This document shows positions 11,359 through 24,796 of a stretch of DNA of 64,000 nucleotides, piece after piece (within the stretch, counting starts at the first letter, position 1; every line of letters starts with the position of its first letter). Origin of the DNA: Octopus vulgaris (Eukaryota); contig OX597823.1 in NCBI GenBank assembly GCA_951406725.2, forward strand, positions 5,766,001 through 5,830,000, written 5' to 3'. A program made the translations under genes and the position numbers. Below the pieces are notes generated by a model, which saw only the letters and a program-made list of their open reading frames with translations, made no database searches and was not told the DNA's origin.

Positions 11359-12235
11359 GCAAGATTTGTTTCAACAGATAAATTTACATCAAGAATCCTA
11401 GGTATACAAAAATGAAGAAATTATTTTATTGACCCTTTCTCTGTTGTTTTACCTGGAAACAGAACCTGTCATAATGCAAGTGATTGATCTTGTTTAGTCT
11501 TTCTGAATTTAGGTATTGTATATTTTACTGGAATCTGGTGCAGATGATGTAACCAAAATTTTATCGAACCAGAATCTGTTGTAGATAATCTAACCATGTG
11601 TAATTAAAATCATATTTGACCTAAATCTGATGTAAACAAAAGACCGGAGTCCAGTCTGTTCCTTTTTTTTTTCTATTATAAATTGATTTTTTTTCTTGCT
11701 ACAGTATGTATGAGATAAACTACTTTTCTTGCTGGTTTTTTTTTAGTATATATATCTTTGTGTGTTGCTAAAGGAAATTGTTTTTACATTTGGGCGTGCA
11801 TCCTGCTTCTAATCAGTCAACCATGAAGAGTTGTAGTCATTCAGTTGTGACACAACCTATATTTGGCAAACATTTTCTTGCTTGCAGCAGCAGCAGCAGT
11901 AGTGGTAGTAGTAGTATTAGTAGTAGTAGTAGTAGTAGTGATTTCCTTTTGACTTAGTGGACTAATAAATACCAGTAATATGCTGCTAACAATTCAAATA
12001 GTTACTTGTGTCTCTTATAAAATTTACTGAAATGTGAAGAAGTTGAGCAGAATTGTTAAAGGATCAGGCAAAATACTTTGTGGTATTTAGTTTCATATTT
12101 TTATGTTCTAGGTTCAAATTCCTCTGAGGTCAACCTTAACTTTCATGCTTCTAGGGTTGATAAAATAAAAATATCTGTCAAGAATTAAGGGTGGATTTAA
12201 TCGACCGTTCCTCTCCCTCAATATTTCTGGTCTTT

Positions 12236-12449
12236 AAGGCAGTGAGCTAGCAGAATCATTAGCATGCCAGGTGAAATGCTCAGCGGTATTTTGTCTGTCT
12301 TTACATTCTGAGTTCAGATTCTGCCGAGGTCGACTTTGCCTTTCATCCCTTTGGGGTCGATAAATTAAGTACCAGTTGTGTACTGAGGTCAATCTAATCA
12401 ACTGGCCCCCTCCCCAAAAATTTCGGGCCTTGTGCTTAGAGTAGAAAAG
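12236..12449 (+). mobile_element. SINE family B (Nin-like central domain) nested at the 3' end of an older family B copy (12040-12235)
   Basis: ggcagtgagctagcagaatcattagc...gcctttcatccctttggggtcgataaattaagtaccag; 16-bp TSD aatatttctggtcttt (12220-12235 and 12450-12465). Confidence 0.9.
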
Positions 12450-12682
12450 AATATTTCTGGTCTTTTGCCTATGTAGTGTCACCTTGAGCAAGTCTCTTCT
12501 CCTAGGTCTTTTCATATGGTTAGTTAACAAATTTCATAACCAAACACCTATACTTGCACCACATCGTGATAGTGATATATATATATATTTATGTCTTTAC
12601 AAACATATTGGTTCAGGGTTCAGTACCATTCCAGTGGTACCACTTACCACCATTCATGATAGATGCACTTTTTAACTTTTGT

Positions 12683-13000
12683 GAAGTCACATGGCTTAGC
12701 GGTTAGGGTATTTGGCTCACAATTGTAAGGTCATGAGTTCAATCCTGGTGGCATGCTGTGACCAATCAGCAAGACACTTTACTTCTCATTCCTCCTGTCC
12801 CCTCAGCTGGAAAATGAGTAGTACCTGTATTTTTCAAAGGACCAGCCTTGTCACATTGTGTCACATTGAATCTCCCTGAGGACTACATTAAGGGTACATA
12901 TGTCTGTGGAGTGCTCAGCCACTTGCACATTCATTTCATGAGCAGGCTGTTCCACGGATCAGATCAACTGGAACTCGTATGGTCATAACTGACAGAGTAC
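12683..13000 (+). mobile_element. tRNA-derived SINE (head type 2 + tail B)
   Basis: A/B boxes (tggcttagcggttaggg, gagttcaatcc); tail matches 24420-24600, 48250-48390 and 57620-57790. Confidence 0.8.
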
Positions 13001-13059
13001 CATTTTTTTAAACTTCCAGAATGGTTTTAATTCAACAGCTTGGATAATGCCATCTCTTG

Positions 13060-14005
13060 ATTTTTTATCCCACTCTGTACAATATGGTTGTCATTTCATA
13101 TTACTATGTTGATAATTAATTCAAACTGTCACTTCTATTTATCACTGAAAAATTGTCAGGCCTAATATATTATATCCAGTGAGCTGTCTCTGTTAACATT
13201 CCATCATTGTACTTTTCCATCCCAGTCTGTACAATAATATAGTCATTTGATATCTGATATTATGTTGATAATTAATACAGTGTTGTCACTTCTGTCATTG
13301 AAAATTGTGTTAGGCCTTGTGTGTGTGATATCCAATGATCTGTCATGCTAACATTCCATTGTATTTTCATCCTACTCTGCACAATATTATAGTCATTTGA
13401 TATTCTTATATCATTAATTAATACATACCCATCACTTTTGTCACAGAAAATCCTTCCAGGCCAAATATACAATATTCAATATCTATGTGTCTGTTAAATG
13501 TTCCACCATCTTTTTGCTTTGTCATTTTCTAAGATTATGCGATATCCAGCCATCTGTCTATATGCTAACATTCCATTGTATTTTCACCTCACTCTCAACA
13601 ATATTATATAATCATTTGATATTCTTATATCATTATTTAATATAATACTACCACTTTTGTCATTGAAAATTATGTCTGGCCTACTATATAATATTATAGT
13701 CATTTAATTTTTGATATAGTTATGTTATTAATTAATTTTCTGTGACAAAAGTAATAGTTTTGTATTATGTCATGCCTTGTATACAATGTCTGATATCTGT
13801 ATGTTAAATACTCTATCATTTTTGCATAGTCATTCTCTAACATTATGCATTATTCAGTGATCTGTCTGTATTATCACCTCACCCTGCACAATATCATAGT
13901 AATTTGATATTGCTCTGTCACAATTTAATATAATACTGTCATTTTTATTGTTGAAAATGATGTGATATCCAACGATCTGTTTCTATGCTAAACACTCCAT
14001 TGTGT
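13060..14005. repeat. Ancient degenerate tandem repeat, ~150-bp unit, about 6 copies
   Basis: The motif tctgYacaatattatagtcatttgatatt recurs at ~13073, 13226, 13376, 13593, 13690 and 13885; gatatccagtgatctgtc..tgctaacattcca also recurs. Confidence 0.65.
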
Positions 14006-14802
14006 TTCCTCGTTGTTATTGTCTAAGATGAGTACATGTTCATATGGAGGCTATAGAGGTTTTTTTTCTTTCTGAGGAGCTGGAGCACTTATGTTGGAAC
14101 AGCTTTGCTATGTTACTGAGTTTCCAGTTGTATTTCATGGAGGCTGGATGTCATGGGAGAATCCTGCACATCTCACGTGACTGAAGGGAGACTGACCAAT
14201 TACAATAAAGAAGAATTGAGTGAACCGTTATTGGATAGTTGACAGTGTTAGTTCAACCATGTTAGTTTAACAGTCAGTAGTTGGACAGTGAATGCTCAAT
14301 ATCATACGTACATTCGAGTAGTACGGAGTGTGTTCTGTGTTAACACATATTTCTGCGATAGGTTATTTTTAGATAACCACAACCTACTATTTATTTGTGT
14401 AATACCATTTTACACCAGATGTGTAAGCCTATGACATAACTCTGGCATCAATCTCACACCAGTCCTGGAAGGCTTGCACAAGTTATGGGCCATGCCCCTT
14501 CCTTCAGACTCAACAAGTAAAAAAATAAATTAAAAATTAAAAAACGAAGTCATATATAAATAAAGGGGCATTGGCAGTAACAACTTTTGATGCCAACTTA
14601 TTGGAACCAGTCTTTGGTTTTATGAATCAAAATCTATGAATTTAAGGTATTCACATTTGAATTAAAACTTTCCACTATAATCTGATATGTTTGTGGAGTG
14701 GTGTGCCAGACGATATCTTAATAATGAAAAAGTTATTTGATTAAATCCTTTTGAATTCTTGATTATATTAGGCATTTAATTGAAACATCTGGATGTTATA
14801 AG

Positions 14803-15195
14803 TGCAAGTGTGGCTGTGTGGTTAAGAAGTTTGCTTCCCAACCACATGGTTTCAGGTTCAGTCTTACCATGTGGCACCTCGAGCAAGTGTCTTCCACTAT
14901 GGTTCCAAGTCAACCAAAGCCTTGTGAGTCAATTTGATTGATGGAAACTGTGTAAAATCCATGTATCAGTGTGTGTGTGTGTGTGTTTGCATGTGTGTGT
15001 GTGTGTGTGTGTGTGTTTGCATGTGTGTTTTTGTGTTGGTTCTCTCACTGATGAATGGTGAGAAACCACAACAATAAGGGCCAGACTTAAAATAAGCACT
15101 TGGGGTTGATTTTTGATTTATTTGAGTAAACCTCTCAAGGCAGTGCTCCAGTATGGCTGCAGTTCAATGACTGAAATAAGTAAAAGAGTAAAAGA
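14803..15195 (+). mobile_element. SINE family A, decayed
   Basis: Head, body, TG tract and gagtaaaagag tail present. Confidence 0.8.
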
Positions 15196-15311
15196 GGGTA
15201 TCATTTCATTAGAAACCTGATCCTAGAAGGGATTAACAATTCATTATTGCCAGATGCCAGGTTGCTTCCATCAGTGGATTAGCGAGATTATTGTAATATA
15301 TTTGGGGAGAG

Positions 15312-15525
15312 AAGGCAGTGAGCTGGCAGAAACGTTAGCATGCCTGGCGAAATGCTTGGTGGTATCTCATCTGTCTTAATGTTCTGAGTTCAAATTCCGC
15401 TGAGGTCAACTTTGCCTTTCATCCTTTTGGGGTTGATAAATTAAGTACCAGTTGCATACTGAGGTTGATCTAATTGACTGGCCCCCTCCCCCAAAATTTC
15501 GGGCCTTGTGCCTAGAGTAGAAAAG
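15312..15525 (+). mobile_element. SINE family B
   Basis: Full-length; TSD aatatatYtggggagaga on both sides. Confidence 0.9.
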
Positions 15526-16264
15526 AATATATCTGGGGAGAGAGAGATTATTATTATATTTTGAGGAGAGGGGGAGATTATTATGCTATATTTGGGGCAA
15601 GGGGAGATAATTACGATACATTTGGGAGCAAGGTGAGGCTCATATTTATGGTGGTTTTCTGGAATTTTTCAGTGCATTTCCTGAGGCTTAAAGATAGCGA
15701 AATTTAGATGTAATTTGCATAAGAGAGCAATACAAGAATATATAATGATATGGCATAGGTATCTTTTGTAGTTCCTTGATCTGCTATAAATAGCAGCAAA
15801 ATCTCACTCAATTTATATCCTACAATCTTAAAAAGGAGACACAGGAGGAGAATGTGGTTTCAGATATCAGGATGCCTTTGATTTTAAGATTACTCAGTCA
15901 GGACTAACCTGTGATTAAACAATAACAACAACAACAACAGCAACAACAACAACAACAGGGATATTAATATATTCAGGGGAGTCATGTTGTAGTACTTCTT
16001 ATAACAAATACAACTAATGAGATTTCTAAATTAATTAGATTAATAAATATATTATGTCAACTTCTGTAATGAATATGGGGTCGTACATGTTAAAGAGGTA
16101 TAAGGAGACCAAGGGGGTGGGGGTGGAGGGATATGGTAGAGCAACATAAAGGGATAGAGAAAAAGAGGAAGATGGTGCTAAAGTAGAGGTTGGGCTGACA
16201 TCTGGTTGAGGGAGAAGATTGAGTCTCATTGTGGGAACATACAGCCTTCCTTGGCTATAGATTT

Positions 16265-17520
16265 TACCAGGTTGAGTCAAAAGTTTTTTTTATATTTCAA
16301 ACTTTAGTTAATAGTTCAGACAAATTCCATATGAACAGTGTTTATTCATCAAAATATATCCCATCATATATTATTGTCAGTTGCCATCATTGTGCCAGAA
16401 GTTCAATTGCACATTTATACCATTTGCCTGGTTTAGAGGCAAAAGAATCTCCCTACATTGGTTTTTAACCTCACCCACATTGTTGAACCTCCATCTGTCC
16501 AGGAAATGAGCCATGACTTGGAAAATATTGTAATCTGATGGTGCAAGGTTTGGATTGTAGGGCAGGGTGAGGCAGCACTTCCCAGCCCCACAAATTCCTC
16601 AAGTTTGCACTTGACCACATTGACAGTGTATGCTCGGGCATTGTCATGCTGTAAGAGTGCATGTCTATGATTGCTGGGCAGCAGGCTTTCAATACACCAT
16701 GTACTTGCTACAGTTATTGAGCATAAAGGTCAACATTCACAGCATGACCATCTGGGACAAGCTCAAAGTGCAACACCCTCTTGAAATTCCATCAAACACC
16801 CAGCACAACCTTCTGTTCAAACTGCCCTTGTTTGACAAAAGGATCTGAAGCCCAGCCAGAATGAAGACATTGATTTCTCTTATTGGAATTACAAAAATAG
16901 ATTTATTCTTCATCCACAGTTAGAATTTGATGCCAAGAATGCACATCTCGAGGATTTGTCAGCAGTTGTTTGCAGATGTTCACATGTTGTTGAACCTGTC
17001 TTTGCTCAGTTCATGAGGAGCTTCTCAACAACATCTGTTCACAAAGCTGATCTTCTGGAGGTACTAGTTGATGGTGCTTTGCATGGGACTAAGTTCTACT
17101 GACACTGTATGAGTGCTTGGCTGTTGCTTCAAGCAAGACCTCATCTTCCATAAGAAGATTTCACTGATTTTGGTTTGTCTTTGAGGCTGGTGTCACTTTC
17201 CTTAAAACATCGGAACCAGCTTTGTGCCACATGTTCATTGACAGTTCCTGAGATTTCCACATCATTAATGTCTTTTGCTGCTGCCCTTGCACTCCGTTCT
17301 TTTGTCCACATGTAGCGAAAATGGTTCTAATTGCAATTTTTTCATCATTCATTATCAAAGCCTGTAAAATAATAAAAATTAATGTTTACATGTTATTTAT
17401 GAAAATAAAGAATAAACAATTCAGCAACTACTGAACAAGTTTTATCTAATTAACATAGACAGGCAAGTTGCTAAAAATCACCAGTGAAAATGTGAAAAAA
17501 GTGTTTGAGCCAACCTGATA
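16265..17520 (-). mobile_element. Full-length decayed mariner (Tc1/mariner) transposon, ~1.26 kb
   Basis: TA-flanked TIRs (taccaggttgagtcaaaagtttt / aaaagtgtttgagccaacctgata); minus frames give WEVLPHP, the residue of YSPDLAPSDY, and an N-terminal HTH-like stretch (ORF 17161-17358). Confidence 0.85.
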
Positions 17521-17671
17521 TTTCATTGATTGTTTGTCTTAATTTTATCAACTGTTTGTACAGCTGTGAAAGGGAAGAGATGTACTACCATTCCTTACTC
17601 TTTCTATATTTCTATTAGTTTGTAACAAGATGAGAGTTTCAGGAACACTTGAGGGGTGTCTGGCCTTATCT

Positions 17672-18072
17672 TGTCACATACAAGTCGAAGAAAAGGAACC
17701 AAAAATCTGGCTGTCTTCAATAACAATAAATAGTACTTTATTCTTCGGGTTCACAGGTAAAATATATACATATATATTTCTTAAGGGTGAACCAGCAGCC
17801 AAGTCCACAGGACTGTTTACAAATGTTCCCTCTGGTGAGCCAAGAAGATACGGTCTCCATTCCGCTTCGAAGAGAGCTTCTCTATGCGTAGGGTTTTCCC
17901 TGAGAGAAGTTTTAGTCACGTCCGCTCGTTAGGGCTGCTCTCCCAAAAAGACAGATTTAGCGGAGACGCTTTCAGGTTGCAGTTCCTGCGCATGTGCAAA
18001 CTTCCGGCAGTCAACTGGAAGTAATCCAATTCTGCGCATGCGTGCTGAAACTTCCACAGTAGCGTCACTACA
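17672..18072 (-). mobile_element. Probable solo LTR (or CpG-rich promoter-like module)
   Basis: TGT...ACA termini; AATAAA on the minus strand ~65 nt from the 3' end; locally CpG-rich; two TGCGCATGYG motifs and CCGGAAGT near the 5' end. No TSD found. Confidence 0.4.
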
Positions 18073-19737
18073 TGTTATATCCAGTTTGTGAATAGTAGTC
18101 ACAATACTACCAGTATCTGAGTCATGCAAGCGATGTCTTTTTTTGGGTGGATGGGTGGGGGACTGTCGGCGTTAAAAAGTTTGCTTCTCAACCATCTGGT
18201 TTTGGGTTCAACCACTGCATGCTAATTTGGGTCAGTACTTTCTATCATATCTCCAAGTTGACCAAATCCTTGCAAGTGAATTTGATAGACAGAAACCGAA
18301 AAAAGCCTGTTGTGTGTGTGTGTGTGTGTGTGTGTGTGTCTCTTTGTCTTGATTTTGCATAATAGTTGTAAATGAATGTCACTATCATAGAAGCTGTGTC
18401 GTTCATTTAAAATATTCTACAAAAACATGTTTGGCCATGAAGAAATATTATCTTGCTAGGAAACAAGTAAAGGTTGGTGACAGGAAGAGCATCTGGCTGC
18501 AGAAGATCTGCCTCAATAAACTCTATCTGATCTATGGAAGCACAGAAAAGTAGATGTTAAAATGATGATGGCAGTGGCAATGATGATGTTGATGATGATG
18601 AAGAAGAAGAAATTTGCCAGAAGGTGTTAAGAACAAATATACACATCATATAATCATGTGTTTAATGAGTTTAGAATTTATTATTTGTTTCCCAGATATT
18701 GTGTGTGTCTAACACAACTCCATTGTCTATCTCGGCAACACCCTTCTTCATCTTACAGCACTTTCAACAATGAACTGTTTATATACAAAGATAAATTGAT
18801 AGACACAAACATGCAAAATTACTATAGCTTCGTCCCTACATCAAGATACACCCACACACACACACTCATAAAAACACTCAACAGACACATATACTGATAT
18901 ACAGCCATGCACAAATACACACACACACACACACTCACATAGATACACACACACGTTATATATATACATACACACAGACACATGAACACAGACATGTTCA
19001 CACACATATAAATATATACACATATAAACGCATATAACCATGCACTGACACATATAAGCTATGCGTGTGCATGCACACACACACACATGCACATACACAC
19101 ACACAGACACAGACAGATACATATATGGTTACATTCTAGAATCTGAGCAAAAATCATTGTTGATTGTTCAACTTTGATTACTGTCTATTGATTATTTTCC
19201 TGTAATTTCCTCTCCGTCATTATTAATTAACTCCCAGTTAAGACTGCAAATGACTGATGGCAGTGATGGAATGTTGTATCAAAATGGTATTTATAAAAAT
19301 TATTCTTTTTTCTGATCATCCTACTCCCCCCTCCCCCGCACCACCACCACCATTCCTGCTCTTTTTATTCTGTAGTTTTTTTTTTCTTTTTCTAGTTTCA
19401 GTCATTGGTCTGTAGCCATTCTGGGGCACTTACAGTCTTCAAAGATTTGCTCAATCACATCAATCTCTGTAAATGGCGTATATACATTATATATGATACA
19501 TAGATGTCTATTTAAATTTAGTACTGCTTCAGTTACATGCACTGGGTTATTTTTCAGTTCAGCAGCTATTCACAATGTCAGTGAGTGTATTGTTCATTGT
19601 TTTCCTATATATTGGAAGAGACAAACTTCATCTTGGTATGTGGATGCAAGTACATATCATTGGCAAGGCTCAAGAAAGCCAAAATACATCAGGCATTTTT
19701 GCTGACTGCTGTCAGGATGATCTTTCATCTCCCTGTG

Positions 19738-19777
<40 letters not shown>

Positions 19778-19789
19778 TCATACATACGT

Positions 19790-20180
19790 ATAATAATATT
19801 ATTAGGGAGTATAACTCCAAACTTACAGGGAAAATTTCAATTTAGTATTAAATCAAATTTCACAATATAAATATGTAAAATATAAATTAGAGATAAAACT
19901 ACTATTATGCAACTCAAACAGTGATAGACATAAACCAAACCATAAATAACAAATAATATATATTTTTATAAAACATATAACTAGATCCTTAATATTTATT
20001 GATAAGTTTCAAAATAAATTATTTCCTAGATGGTATTGGAATATCTTTCAAAGATGAATTCCAAAATAGCGGTTCTATCTTACCTGTAAATTCCATAACA
20101 TACAAAATTGAGGTTTAAATGCACTCAATAAATGTAAGTGCATTTAAATCTCAATTTCGTATGTTTTCTCTATATAAACC
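19790..20180. mobile_element. AT-rich repeat fragment (Penelope-like?) containing a 69-nt near-perfect hairpin
   Basis: Starts at a (TAA) tract after (CA)n; hairpin aacatacaaaattgaggtttaaatgcact / agtgcatttaaatctcaatttcgtatgtt (20097-20165). Confidence 0.35.
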
Positions 20181-20499
20181 TGAACTCAAGCTGTCTCACA
20201 TCTCACATACTTAGAACTTTGGTCTTGCCTCGGCAGAACACCATTTGAGCAATTCTGAATAGAATCACCAATGGAAATTTCTCTCTTTCACTTGGAGACC
20301 GACAGCTATAAGCAAGTTGCTCTTACTTCTTCAGACATGCTCACTACAAAGTCATCATCATCATCATCATTACCACCCTCCTTTCCATACTTGCTTCGTC
20401 AGACAGATTATGCTGAGGTAGACTTTCTGCAAACCCTCACCTGTTTTCAAACAAAATTATATTTCCCCATAGCAACTCCATATTTTTTGCAGAAGATTT

Positions 20500-20850
20500 T
20501 TTTTTATTTGCTTCATTCATTTGACTGCAGCCATGCTGGAGCATTGCCTTTAGTTGGGCAAATCAACTCCAGGACTTATTCTTTGTAAGCCTAGTACTTA
20601 TTCTATCGGTCTCTCTTGCTGAACCGCTAAGTGACGAGGACGTAAACACACCAGCATCAGTGGTCAGGCGATGTTGGGGGGATAAACACAGACACAAAAA
20701 CATACACACACAAACACATATATATACGATGGGCTTCTTTCAGTTTCCATCTTCCAAATCCACTCACAAGGCTTTGGTCAGTTCGAGGCTATAGTAGAAG
20801 ACACTTGCCCAAGGTGCCACGCAGTTGGACTGAACCCAGAACCATGTGGA
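20500..20850 (-). mobile_element. SINE family A
   Basis: Reverse complement of tail, body and part of head. Confidence 0.85.
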
Positions 20851-21248
20851 TGGTGAATGACATCAGTTGTATGATGGCGATGCTCATTTACAGCCATCAC
20901 ATGATGTTGAAAAAAGGGCACACACGCACAGCCGTGCGTGCACACACACACACACACACACAGAGTATACAAGCAGAGGAATGACGATGACAATTCTTTC
21001 AGTAATCAGTAGAATTTTTATTTTATATCAAACAACATGGATGGGTTATACACAGAAATTATGTAAATCCATAACAGTATTAGACGAGAGTTCTATTAAT
21101 CCTTTCTTTAGGCCAATTTGCAAAAATAATATCAAACTCAATTCTGGCTTTATAACAAAGATTAGTCTATATCCACCTACCTACACGTGCATGCATGCAT
21201 ATGTCTGTGGAGATGGTCATGTTTTTATTTTTTTCATGTCCGTAAAAC

Positions 21249-21477
21249 TTAACCCTTTCGTTACCAACCCGGCTGAAACCAGCACTGGATCTGTAGTACA
21301 AATGTCTTGTTTTCATAAGTTTTGAATTAAAATCTTCCACCAAACTTTAGTCACAATTTATGTTCATAACACTAGCTTAACGATAACTAAGTCATTTTAG
21401 TAAATTCTTTGTTATATTTAAAGTAATTGAAAGAAACTCTGAGCATCTCAAAATAAATACAGTAACGAAAGGGTACA
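21249..21477. mobile_element. piggyBac-like MITE (younger family A relative)
   Basis: TTAA-CCCTTTCGTTAC ... GTAACGAAAGGG; right TTAA altered. Confidence 0.8.
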
Positions 21478-22449
21478 CAAGAAGTCAACTCAATAAAAAC
21501 AGCTCCAACTATTTGTGCCAAGTGATGCTTCTGTTCATTTGTTCTCTCACTTGTATACATATTTGTGTGTGTATATGTGTGTGTACAGTGGGCTTCTTGC
21601 CATTTCCAAATCCACTGACAAGGCTTTGATCGACCCAGTGCTATAACAGGAGACACTTGCCCAAGATGCCAAACAGTGGAACTGAACCTGAGACCTCAAC
21701 CTCCTCAACCACACATCCATGCTTCTGCCTGTGGTATTTCTACTCTTTCCCACTTGGTCTCAACACAAGGTACACTTCCAGCTGAACGATACCCTAGTTG
21801 CCCATGCCTTATTCTGGTTGGCAGGTCATGTTTGTTAAACACACCATTTACCATAACACATGGATGATGATCCAATTGACTTGTATCAACACAAATATAG
21901 ACATAATAATATTTATTCTACAAACACACACACATAAGTAGGTTTACCTTTTATTAATGGGCTTATATTGAAAACTTTCTAATTGCCTATGCATGAATTA
22001 TTGTCCAAACACTCATGTTTGTTTTCTGTTTGAACTGTAGGAATTACTCTCTAATTCAAATATGTACCCAACGACCTTTCTAAGAACACATGCTGCTTGA
22101 CTTTTCTTTAACTTTAGTGCCACTTAGGACCAGAAAATGTCTTGTCTTCTGGTGACACAGAGAAAATTAATTAAAGCTGATATTATATATAAGTTATATT
22201 GTTGTGATCTCAGAGTATACCTTAATTTTCAATATTGGTTACCCCAACTCCAACACACACACACACACACACACATACATACATACACACACACATACAT
22301 ACATACATACATACATTACATACATACACATAGGTAGGTAGGCAGGTAGGTCAGTCAGTTGACAGGTAGGTTGGTTGGTAGGTACTTAGATGAATAAGTA
22401 GAGAGATTGATAAATAGATAAGTATAGATGTGTGTATGTGTGTGTGAAG

Positions 22450-22740
22450 AGAAGTGACATAGTGGTTAGTGTTGTGCTTATGATCCCAAGATTATGGTTT
22501 TGATTCCCAGACCAGGCAGTGCATTGTGTTCTTGAGGAAAGTACTTCGTTTCACATAGCTTTGTGATCACTTCAACATCTGGAGGGTGGCACACTGTCCA
22601 CCCGTGTACAGGCAATATCAATTCCATGGAGGGAGTGAGCTCATGTACCATAAAGCCATCTGATCATTATAAAAACAAATCCTCTGTGCAGGTTGTTCAG
22701 CAAGAAATTGTGGGACCCTCATTTGTTGCTTACAACAAAA
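22450..22740 (+). mobile_element. tRNA-derived SINE (head type 2, third tail type); second copy at 31225-31495
   Basis: tagtggttag A box, ggttttgattcc B box; tail gatcattataaaaacaaat...caagaaattg shared with 31225-31495. Confidence 0.7.
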
Positions 22741-22865
22741 TAGTGTACCATGTATGGGCATCCATGGCATGTTGGGGCGTCTTCTACAATAGCCCTAGGT
22801 CGACCAAACCTTGTGAGTGAATTTGGTAGATGGAAACAGTATGGATGTGTGTGTATGTGTGTGAG

Positions 22866-22903
<38 letters not shown>

Positions 22904-23107
22904 AGCCTGTGTTTGTTTCGCTGCCCCATCATTTGCCAACCAGTGTTGGTTTGTTTATTTTCTTATAACTTAGTTGTTCAGCAAAAGACAATGATATAAT
23001 AAGTGCCAGACATAAGTACTGCGGTAGATCTGTTTCACTAAAAGGTTTCAAGAATCTGTCCCAGGATGGCTACAGTTAAATGATTGAAACAAATAAAAGA
23101 TAAAAAA

Positions 23108-23151
<44 letters not shown>

Positions 23152-23153
<2 letters not shown>

Positions 23154-23372
23154 CGAAGGGGTGCTGAAAAGTTCCTGGTTTTGGGTAAAAGAAAATACTG
23201 GAGGATCAATTAATTATGATTGTATTCGACATATTCCCCGCTCAGATTCACACACTTATTGCAGCAGTCCTTCAGTTTCTGTAAGCCCTGTAAAAGAACT
23301 CGGAAGATTGGGCCTCCAGTCAAACCTTTCGCTATACCATTAAAGCACGGAACTTTTCAGCACCCCCTCGTG
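23152..23372. mobile_element. Mariner-derived MITE (~220 bp)
   Basis: TACGAAGGGGTGCTGAAAAGTTCC ... GGAACTTTTCAGCACCCCCTCGT inverted termini, inserted at a TA tract. Confidence 0.88.
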
Positions 23373-24419
23373 TGTGTGTGTATTATATAATATATAAGAA
23401 AGAAGAGAGGTGGAGAGACACATACACCCACCATGCATATACGTTGCACACATACACACATTAGTAAAAGCAACATTGTGTCTAGTGTCGATTAGCAGAC
23501 GTCCACCTTCTCCACTTCCACTGCCATTAAACCACCCTGCTTAAAAAGAATAAACGCTTTTCATGTATCTAAACGTAATTTATTTAAGACAGAAGATTTT
23601 ACCAAAACAATTAGTATCAATTTAAACAGAAATAACATCGTCTAATGTTTCCACATCGGTCTGGATTTCTGTAAAGAGCTTATTTCAACTGATAAACTCT
23701 GCAGTTAACTTCCTAACAACTGTTTGTGATAATCTAATACTACATAGGAAGTATCGTATTTATTACAATATATTCACCTCTATTAACCCTGCCTTTTATC
23801 GTCATCTCACCACCCTAATAATTATGTTTTTGGTGTGTTAAGGGCGCCAAACCCCTTAGATATCTATCCACACATTACATTGCATTCAGTCAGTCAAAAA
23901 ATCCTGTTTGGCTACGGTGTCACAGCATCATCATCATGTTCATTTTCCCATGCTAGCACGGGTCAGACGGAGTTCAGTGAAGCAGATTTTCTATGGCCAG
24001 ATGCCTTTCTTGTCATCAACTTTTACCTGTTTACAATCAAGATATTTCCCCATGAAGGACATTATTTGTATGATGGTGACACTAGTTTACAACTATTATG
24101 CAGTATCAAGACAAGGACACACACACACACTCTCCCTCTCTCTCTCTCTCTCTCGGCGGGCTTCTTTCGGTTTCCATCTAACAAAATCCACTCACGAGGT
24201 TTTGGTCAGTCCAGGGCTATAGTTGAAGACACTTGCTCAAGGTGCCACACGGTGGGACTAAATCCCAAACTCTGTGGATGGGGAGCCATGCCTGCACCTG
24301 TCAATACCAATTGCTTACGATAATTTCCCATTTTCAATTTTCAATCATAGACGACGACCAAAATGCCAGATCTCTCCCTCCTCTCGCCATGTGTGTATGT
24401 GTGTGATGTGATAAATTAA

Positions 24420-24796
24420 TGGATGGATGGAAGCACTCCGTCGGTCACGACGACGAGGGTTCCGGTTGATCCGAATCAACGGAACAGCCTTCTCATGAAA
24501 TTAACGTGTAAGTGGCTGAGCACTCCACAGACACGTGCACCCTTAACGTAGTTCTCGGGGATATTCAGCGTGACACAGAGAGTGACAAGGCCGGCCCTTC
24601 GAAATACTGGTACAACAGAAACAGGAAGTAAGAGTGAGAGAAAGTTGTGGTGAAAGAGTACAGCAGGGATCACCACCATCCCCTGCCGGAGCCTCGTGGA
24701 GCTTTAGGTGTTTTCGCTCAATAAACACTCACAACGCCCGGTCTGGGAATCGAAACCGCGAGTCCACTGCCCTAAACACTGGGCCATTGCGCCTCC
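24420..24796 (-). mobile_element. Young tRNA-derived SINE (head type 1 + tail B), CpG-rich
   Basis: Minus strand begins ggaggcgcaatggcccagtgtttagggc, B box ggtttcgattcc, ends (CCAT)n; perfect 10-bp TSD gataaattaa (24410-24419 and 24797-24806). Confidence 0.92.

Noticed and set aside
11510-11600. Possible plus-strand exon
   Set aside because: Contains a local ~46-bp duplication and an early stop.
14030-14540. Possible LINE 3' region
   Set aside because: The A-rich end is suggestive, but I could not recover a protein motif or TSD.
19998-20056. Additional minus-strand hammerhead
   Set aside because: Core too degenerate; stems not convincingly formed.
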